DNA of 64,000 nucleotides from Lingula anatina (Eukaryota > Animalia > Brachiopoda). This document shows positions 58,381 to 64,000 of this stretch, piece after piece. A model generated the notes under the pieces. It was given only the letters and a program-made list of their open reading frames with translations, made no database searches and was not told the origin of the DNA. The stretch lies in assembly GCA_051362555.1 (NCBI GenBank), contig CM120645.1, positions 11,780,001 through 11,844,000 of the forward strand, written 5' to 3'. The translations under genes were made by a program, and so were the position numbers. Each line of letters begins with the position of its first letter. Position 1 is the first letter of the stretch.

Positions 58381-58623
58381 TCAAAGAATATTTCACTGAA
58401 ATGATTTCTTTATTTCAGTGATTTTGACTCTGATGAGTTGGAGCAGCTGGCTGGTGATGGCAGTGAGGAGGACCCTGAGGAGGAGGAGGAGGAGGAGGAG
58501 TCGGGAGATAATGAGGGAGATGAGGAGATGGAGTCTGAGAACAGTGAGGAGGAGGAGGAGGAGGAGCAGGATGCAGCTGATGTTGTGGAAGACTTTGAAC
58601 TGTCAGATGATTCCAGTGACTGA
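41313..58623 (+). CDS. NOC2L: Nucleolar complex protein 2 homolog
   Basis: Exons 41313-41332, 49151-49315 ([12 protein letters not shown]), 49807-50029 ([12 protein letters not shown]), 50560-50706, 51076-51193, 51681-51850, 52237-52347, 53471-53587, 53997-54185 ([18 protein letters not shown]), 54698-54837 ([10 protein letters not shown]), 55027-55138 (YPLRFHC), 55500-55613, 55897-55998 (IGFPELVLP), 56214-56357, 56606-56719, 57241-57368, 57871-57951 and 58419-58623 (acidic tail). These motifs match Noc2. Confidence 0.93.
41697..41915 (+). repeat. 5' LTR
   Basis: tgtagtgccaacggg...gggaattctaca. Confidence 0.95.
41917..41928 (+). other. Primer binding site, probably tRNA-Ser(GCU)
   Basis: TGGCGACGAGGA, 1 nt after the LTR. 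It is complementary to the 3' end ...UCCUCGUCGCCA of metazoan tRNA-Ser(GCU) as I recall it. Confidence 0.8.
42184..44040 (+). CDS. gag: Retrotransposon Gag (N-terminal HhH-like motif, internal repeats, capsid, CCHC knuckle)
   Basis: ATG at 42184; capsid-like [10 protein letters not shown] and [14 protein letters not shown]; RG repeats; [14 protein letters not shown] at 43957-43998. Confidence 0.92.
   Translation: MAGHVDRFYINYATDLQLQDIPGVTSGQARMLYLLRAQRGNLTKDLVEEWLEVQLSPLALSVIDFSPNPHLSGSADSRSSWIPNLGQNWLWQSAKKLFSWGKRKPTVLNTTNPFQSVAKNYETSESTFLKTPPQRRLFPSNPEVQRNSTNPQLQNVAVYPEVQRNPTGSIFRNVAVYPEVHRNPTGSNFQNVAVYPEVHRNLNGPHFQNVTSNVNPEVQRNSNIPHLQSFSTSVNPEVQRNQTSPHFQNFSASDNPEIQRNLINPHFQNFSANPEVQRNQNNPIFVNSNFGTNIANTPAFPINAMGGEDYYHSQESPMQIDQPTIPNISASRRMVCPPKNLTFNGKTSWAAFKLVFLRHAEREGWDSNMCLDGLCLCLSGKAQECCVNVTKREGMLTYKGLLEELEMCYGETDTPVTVRSRLHNSLQSETESVDEWGVRVLRLASQAYPSLPKSFVDSEAVNRFCAGMLDTEAGQAIYMQRPQTLHEAMQLAKMHRELKVTMETKKGRTMTKRVNSVTQQPDMKDEKSSSNISEMVTFKEELGNVQKALKEIAQQLNQRPMTSGGGVIQRNYNPNPSYAGRGRGRGRGYVNCFSCGAGGHFARECPSNPQGNGRGSGK
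44013..48581 (+). CDS. pol: Retrotransposon Pol (PR-RT-RNase H-IN-PHD), probably expressed by -1 frameshift
   Basis: Frame open from 44007. LDTAA protease; FLDD RT; TDAS RNase H; HHCC and D-D-E integrase (HLDF, TDQG, VERYN); WKGP; terminal C4HC3 PHD finger. Confidence 0.95.
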   Translation, partial: GKWQRVGEIGQPSTHESTGPDVKEKPCFKSLKKMNSAPSHSSPLKVMEGNEMLMMQRKKEVKSKEGKPAPSHSSPLKVMEGDENLIMQRNREVKSDKSVIVLCNIVSSSCLTLKIQVGDKKIKAVLDTAADVTILSDRVYESMKNPPRKLNDVKMLCAGRKMTMEGFTAGPLKLKIGNKWYQEQVYVAPIEQDMLLGLDLLTQRGRAIIDTQNRTLHYDGMTLTMDNDPKGTSPQVARVKVLKRQVIPPNSIVKVQCVMDVNLIDYVIEPTEGMKGKFLIPRVIRNAGTEPIMVLINPSYRHRLLKKGAEIGRAFVYDQIMTPGKEEEQVMLPSCNTCYDISEHKDATKLAKATLEKHATSRKGNPVTKRVNKITIDENEINDKMYVPPHLQQVFKESCTELKVGQCEQLAQVLREYQDVFAKDEFDLGNFTAIEHVIETSGAKPIKQRMRRTPICFAEEEGAHLHKMLQAGVIKESTSDWASPPVLIRKKDGSVRWCIDYRALNEVTVKDVFPLPLVDDCLDTLSGNVYFSKLDANSAYWQVPIREEDRKKTAFITKYGLYEHVRMAFGLCGAPATYARIMNLVFRGMTWETVLAFLDDIVVLGKSFNDHLKNLREALTRFRMYGLKLKPKKCAFLQKKIEFLGRTVTGDTLAVSDHDVKIVKDWPTPQTSKEVERFMGLANYHRAFIKDFSKIATPLYAVTGKKNFQWEEKQEVAFNRLKEALTTPPVLAVPTGTDEFILDTDASEYAIGAELIQVQNGQEKVIAYGSYGLTKEQRRYCTTRKELLAVVRFTRQFRHYLLGKPFKVRTDHSSLRWLMRFREPQGQLARWMEELSQYNMVLSHRAGRKHGNADALSRVSHTGQCVNISTKGRLVDLPCGGCDYCKRAQKNWARFEEEVDDVVPLATRGVNSQRAIDIQGEDFSSDQICNNGKTVYTVTVDSEREYTEPEVLGERVDGIPEESIEDMPEFKVMQCIIDNIPWDPGELIQVNMVKTSHQAPGGATQKADDSSSQLTSWGYSVDEVKQAQSADSELKVIIDYKVDANEPDQSILFRGSQALKAYWLNRDLFTIINDILYWCDPISEDKRLALPSSWREEAMRMHHCLPSAGHQGAKRTKERLKERFYWYGMGREIDNFVMGCPRCNQNKKSSRQGKVPLREFQAGAPMERVHLDFLGPLPKTAKGNEYILMMVDQFTKWVECIPLPSQSAEETAKAAIDQFFSRFGVPFEIFTDQGRNFESKLFLEVCRVLGIYKARTTPYRPSSNGQVERYNRTLMDAVRCFTEKSQNTWDVNLQQIAGALRASVNRMTGFTANRLMLGREVNAPADLMFPQRRINNEDPENYAAQLAEDMKEAHEIARRKLQAASKRMKRDYDLRILERAYEVGDAVYILDTADTKGKCRKLCPPWKGPGVIVAKLSSNLFRVKVRNAVFVANHDRLKPCKDTELPQWIGHWRKNPESHATRRGDDRVYCNCRQPWHGRFMIQCDFCGEWYHGSCVNVTATDALEINKYKCPDCLRRAKVLV
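48850..49068 (+). repeat. 3' LTR
   Basis: Identical to the 5' LTR; preceded by PPT aaagaggggaagag. Confidence 0.95.
52577..53263 (-). mobile_element. Non-autonomous PIF/Harbinger element in a NOC2L intron
   Basis: TIRs gggccggtttcacaaagcagtagttagtta / taactaactactgctttgtgaaaccagccc with CTG TSD. The minus strand carries a remnant resembling a Harbinger transposase N-terminus ([24 protein letters not shown]). Confidence 0.85.
58324..58377. repeat. (TA)n microsatellite
   Basis: TA tract in the last NOC2L intron. Confidence 0.95.
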
Positions 58624-59682
58624 TGTTTGTTATAAAACAGCTAAAAGAGAATGAGAAGACATTCATAGCCAATAGAGAACCAGTTTCTGGGAGAATCATG
58701 AGCCTGTTAAAATATTCTTCCCCTATAAGTCAAGGTGACAAAGATAGAAGAGCACACCATTGCCTGATAGATGTACAATAAAATTGCAAGTCTGAAAATG
58801 GCTTCAGCAAATAATTTTCAGCCAATTCGAAAAACATTTCTGCAACATTCGGCTGTGCATTAAGTTGAACATACAAGTATTGCTGAAAACTGCATAACAC
58901 ATTTGTGTTTTAGAAGCTTTTATAGATATTTACTCTATTTATTCCAATATGTATACTTCAGACTCCATTATTGTACTAAAAGCATTCTGCTGTAATGAGG
59001 ATAATAAACCACTACAAAAATAAATTATTTTTTCATCATGTAAAAAATGCAGCATTACCTAGGATACGAAGTAAAAGTTGTAATTTGTTACTTTTAAAAA
59101 GTTAACGACATCATAAATAATTGCCAATTTAATATGACGGTAGTAGAATGACCCCCTTAAAAAAAAAAGATGACAGTTGACTGATAAAAGCCTACTACAC
59201 TGTAGCCAAGAAATTTTTTAAAATGATCATTTGGTGATGTTACTTGTGCTTTTTATTATTTCTAACTTTTTAGTATTTCCCATGAAATAAACGCTTCATC
59301 GACCATTAGGGCCGTATAATCGACACTTTTAGATACTTTATTTTTTAGCCTAGCAACTTTTATTTGTTTTAGCCTAATCCCTTTCGTTATTATTATTTTT
59401 AATAAGCCTACTTAAGCACCGCTTGTCCCCAAATTTAATTTTTTTTTTAAATTCACATCGAAGGCGTTTCTCGTATATGGAGATCTAACCAAAGTACAAG
59501 TCGGCATAGAATAATGCGTTACTCAAAAACAATTGCGCTTTGGTGTTACATTGGATATTCTACACTTTCAGTTCTATTCAATCTTGTGAACACACACCAA
59601 AAAAGAAAAAAACACTTTTTTCTATTTAGGGCGCATGCATATTGCACGTGATAGATATATCCTTAAAAGGCAAAACGTATTG

Positions 59683-59690
59683 TGACGTCA
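59683..59690. promoter_or_regulatory. Palindromic CRE upstream of the kinase gene
   Basis: TGACGTCA ~110 bp before the first in-frame ATG. Function untested. Confidence 0.4.
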
Positions 59691-59799
59691 CTGGCCCGTG
59701 CCGACGTAACCAGGCAGCACAAAAGCTATTGGAGATATGCTGAGCGCCAGCGAAGTGAATACGGAGATTTTCTTTTGAGTAAAAAAGACGATATAAACA

Positions 59800-62700
59800 A
59801 TGATAGTTGCGTCTCATTTGGCCTTTTTAGGCATGAAATACAGTTACATGTACTTTTTTCACAGAGAAATATTCAGACTCGAAAACGAGGTAAGATATTG
59901 CTTTTTTTTTTGCAGAACAAAAATCGAATACCCAACTGTTTGTTTCAGTATATATGTATGTTACCCCAGGTAAAGCTATTTATTACTTAGATTCTTATTA
60001 ATCAAAATAAGATTCTGTGTGGCGTCTTTTTAATAAGTATCAGAGGTAATCGGACAATTTCATTTAAGTATCCATATAACTTATTCTGATAATTTCACTC
60101 GCCAAGAAGATTAAATCAAGGAAATTCCTGGTAACTGGGCACGCAGTTTCAGTGAATTCATATCGATGATATGCTCAAATAAAAACAAATTAAAATCTAC
60201 GTTTGCACCTTTTAATCCAATCTCCTTTTATTCAATGTTTAAGGTTCGGGCTCTTTTCTGGAAGGAAGACACTATGCTTCCTATTTTGGGAGGTGGAGGA
60301 TTCGGTTCGGTGTACAAGGTAATGAACTTATCATGATAAACGAACTAAAGTGATACTGGGATAACGGGAATAGCTATAGCAGTATCAATGGTAAAAACAG
60401 TTATGGCAGTAATTATAGATTTTGAAGCATAAGCAGCAGAACAATATATGTTTACAGTGATTAATCATTTAGTAATTTTACCAGTTTTTCTATTATTATG
60501 CTTATTTACGGATGTGCCATTCCACTAACTGCTCGAAATATTTTATGTTTAGTTTAAAAACAACCTAGCATTAAAGGTACCAGCCTCTGCGGCCTATGCA
60601 AGGTCCATCTACAGTGAAGTTTCTTTTATGAAGAGGATAGACAGCAAATTTATCTTAAGGTGTTTGATACAAACGATTTATATTCGAATTTGTAAAATTA
60701 AATGCCTATGAAACAGATGACTTTTACAAAATACGCCATGTAACAAACGCTTCACCTCGTAAAATAATATTCTTAATATGCTCACAATTGTCCACAGGTT
60801 TCTGATATTATATCACAATATTGTTACGTTAAAAGAGTTGAAGAACACTTTAGACGGACAATCTACATAAACAATCTACAATCTACAGTAACTGTAAAAT
60901 CTCAATTTTTTATAAAACAATAAAGAATTAATCATTCAATCTTCTCTCTATCTCTCAGTGTGTCTCAATCTGATATGAATTTCCGTTCCAGACTAGTTCA
61001 TTCATTTGAAGTCAGGCCTGGTTTCCCTATCTTACTTACGGAATTATGTCCCATGGACCTGGAAATACTTCAAGAGTATTGGGAAACATTTTTGTAAGTA
61101 ATTCTGTTACTTTCTTTTCTTTAAAAAACACTTTTTTTTTGTATTTTTATATAGCATGATTTTTTAATGTAATTTTATATAGCTTAATTCTTAACTTATT
61201 CATTTTACGTTTTTCAACAAAACATTTTTCATTAAATGTTTACAAGAATAGTATACTGATAGTTCCTTTAATTTATTTCTTAGGGACGCAGTTCCTCTTC
61301 AGATGGTGAAATATATTGCCACTTGCGTCTGTATGGCTATTGGGCACTTGCACCAACTGAACTTAGCCCACTTTGATATAAAAACAAACAACGTGTTGAT
61401 TAGTATACACGGGGTCCCTAAACTGGTAAGATGTTCTCTTTGTTGTGTGTCACTTTGTACTGTGTAATAAAATAATGAGGTTATTTTTCTCTTCTTGCTA
61501 TAAATTTCCTAGGTCGGGCCAGATTTCGAATTCCAACTCGCTCTTTTCTATAACTTGATTTAACGTACCTATCTGTAAATGTGTCACCAATGTGCAATAA
61601 TCTAAACGAAAACATATAACGACTAGTAAAATATGATTTTGTTTTAGATTGATAACAAAAGGCTTGGATATACTCAACACTTTCACTTTGGTACCCAGAA
61701 AAACAATTTTTTAATGCGGTTTTATTTGTTCCAGTGTGATTTAGGGTCCGTTCACCCTCTCAGTGAGACTGGTGAAAGCATACACAGGGTGGAGTCAATG
61801 AACTTCACCCTCTACAAAAACATGCCTCCAGAGGTACTGAGGGGTGGTGCCCCCTCGTGGAGAGCAGATTATTACGCCTTGGGTGTCATGTTGTTCGAAT
61901 TAATGGAGGGAAGGTAAGTAAGCAAAGGATGCAGTTCTGTAAATAATGGCTTTGAAGTGTTAATCTTCTCTATTAGAAAATATCAGGCCATGGAGTATGA
62001 AGACTTTTACTAATAATAGAATAGTACGAAAAGTTGGAGTGTTTTAAACGTTTTGTGACAATTCTTCTCGATTTATTTAGACACCCACTTTGGACTGAAT
62101 TGCCAACAAGAGCAGACGCCAGAATAAAAATCCTCCAAGGCGCCATCATCTACACAGATACAGAGCACGTCTTCAGGGATCTGATTGACAAATTAGTCTG
62201 GTAGGCAATTCCACATTACGATTTGTAAATATTTGTGCTGTAAATTATTTAATGGAATATCGTGGCCAACTATGACTCGAACTATATAACTATAACTTGA
62301 ACTATTTCTCTCTGTAACATTTCAGCAATGTGGAGCAGAGAATTGACAGCATGACTGGCTTTTTGAGTCATCGGTACGTATTTCATCAATATTTTTCTTC
62401 CTGCAAAGATACTTTTAACTAAAAAATTTTAATTAACTTTTCTGAACCATTTCTTTAAAAATTTCATTTAATTTTCATTGTCATTTATTATGAATTTTGT
62501 ATTGAATCTATCTTTTATCACCATGTTCATTTGTTTTTATTTTCACAATCTTTTATAATCATTTATTCATTTATTTATTTATTTAATTGCAGTTGGCTCT
62601 GTGACTACTACGTGAATAATTTTCCAACCGATATGGTCACCTCTCCCATTTTAGACATTGCTCAGGTAATGTCTGGTTTTATTATACTGACCAATTCTAA

Positions 62701-62958
62701 TGAAGTAGATTCTCGCTGGTTTCTTATGACCAAATGTCAACGACTCTTTAGCCTAAATGCAGATGAAAAATAGGGATATATTTTCCGTAAGCGCTTACTA
62801 AATTTAACCTATCATGCATGCTTGTGATACTTTATACACTTAACAGACTGCATATATTTAACTTTTTGTCATAATAGGAAGTGCTGGAGGAAGAACAGCT
62901 TGAGATGGGTCCTTTGACAGCAAACTCCAGCGTCCGCAATATTGTCGGCGATGGCTAG
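59800..62958 (+). CDS. Divergent Ser/Thr protein kinase (non-RD)
   Basis: Exons 59800-59889, 60244-60318 (LGGGGFGSVYK), 60553-60659 (ALK...SEVSFM), 60992-61093, 61284-61425 (HFDIKTNNVL), 61735-61913 (CDLG...PPE...DYYALG), 62081-62200, 62326-62373, 62593-62665 and 62878-62958. Frame is continuous. The start codon (59800 vs 59833) is uncertain. Confidence 0.88.
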
Positions 62959-64000
62959 GAGGATACCGTCACCACCGGCTTCTTCGATGCCTCCCGCTAG
63001 TTTCACGATTTATCTGGAAGTAGCCGACTTTGCGACAGGAACTTATCCACTTCATTATAAATATAGACGACTTTATAACATAAGCCTTCAAAAGCCCAGG
63101 GCGATTAATAAAACGTCTCCAAATATCAATTAAAATTAAAAAAAAAAAACTCAAGAGACTATGATGACTTTCATTCAAGTTTTCCATTTTTCTGTAAAAT
63201 ATACAACGTATAATACAGTTTCAATTTGTAATTTACAATCAAAAAAAAAAAAAAAAAAAAAAAACTTCAGAGGCGTTAGGGAATATATATCTTGTTTTAT
63301 TTGTATGTGCACAGGCTGTTTCACAAAATCACAATAGTGTTGATAATTGCTTGATAGAAAAGTCGAATAAATATTTGAAAAAAATTTTGTTGGCCTATTT
63401 CTTTTTCAGTAATTCCACAGGATAATAAAAACGTGTCCCACCAAAACATGTAGGTAGACCCTATATATATATATATATATAATGAAAATAATAAAGTTAT
63501 TATATGACTCCAGGTTATGGAACAAAAGACATTCGGGATGTAAACAATCGCTGTTACCAAGTTTGAAGAACTAGTTTACAGCTTCACTTGGTCGAGTCAA
63601 GGATGCGTTTATATGTTTTTTTTTTTTTTTTTTTTTTCAATGAACGAATGGCTGAATGTACCAAATCATGTGAATTCATCAAAGAGAAGATCGTGATATT
63701 GTAAGGTTGCCTTTGTACATGTACCCAGCAGGTAGAACGTAAACAATTCCTGTTACCACGCAAATTTTAGTATCTGCTACAATGTATCGAACACGCTATG
63801 CCACGCATGCTATGGCCTAATAGATTTGGAGTGCTACCGTTTACAAGTTCCCAAACTTCATATTTAATATAAAAAATTTATGAACTTACGTGTATTCGTG
63901 GCCTTTTTAAGGCCGTCTGCCATCCGCTCTCGGCTTCATGTGTTATTCACAATGTCTGATCTCGATTTAGACTCTATACATGTTGATCTAACATTTTTTC

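Noticed and set aside
58415-58699. Pro-rich and Arg-rich alternative-frame ORFs
   Set aside because: Shadows of the (GAG)n poly-Glu tail of NOC2L.
62942-63133. 63-aa ORF after the kinase
   Set aside because: Out of frame with the final kinase exon (stop at 62956-58) and with a non-ATG start. Probably 3' UTR.

Overview
AT-rich, intron-rich animal genomic DNA. It looks like an invertebrate, possibly a mollusc, but that is inferred from composition and repeats only. (1) 191-1287: two abutting near-perfect fold-back elements. (2) 3.2-32.3 kb: a tandem array of one secreted prepropeptide family that I cannot assign to a named family. It has 7 apparently intact spliced genes and about 8 pseudogene remnants. 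The precursor is signal peptide + acidic pro-piece + KR + a ~93-aa six-Cys helical, saposin-like mature peptide ending in Gly (amidation signal). (3) A five-exon cytidine deaminase on the minus strand, head-to-head with an 18-exon NOC2L on the plus strand. (4) An intact, very young Ty3/Gypsy retrotransposon in NOC2L intron 1, with identical 219-bp LTRs, a TCCC TSD, a tRNA-Ser PBS and a -1 frameshift signal. Its integrase ends in a PHF8/KDM7-like PHD finger, its Gag starts with a ComEA-like HhH motif, and it sits ~0.4 kb from a bidirectional housekeeping promoter. This suggests H3K4me3-guided integration. (5) Several MITEs and Harbinger derivatives. (6) A divergent 10-exon non-RD protein kinase. 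Exon coordinates were read by eye from GT/AG signals and frame continuity; no database searches were run.
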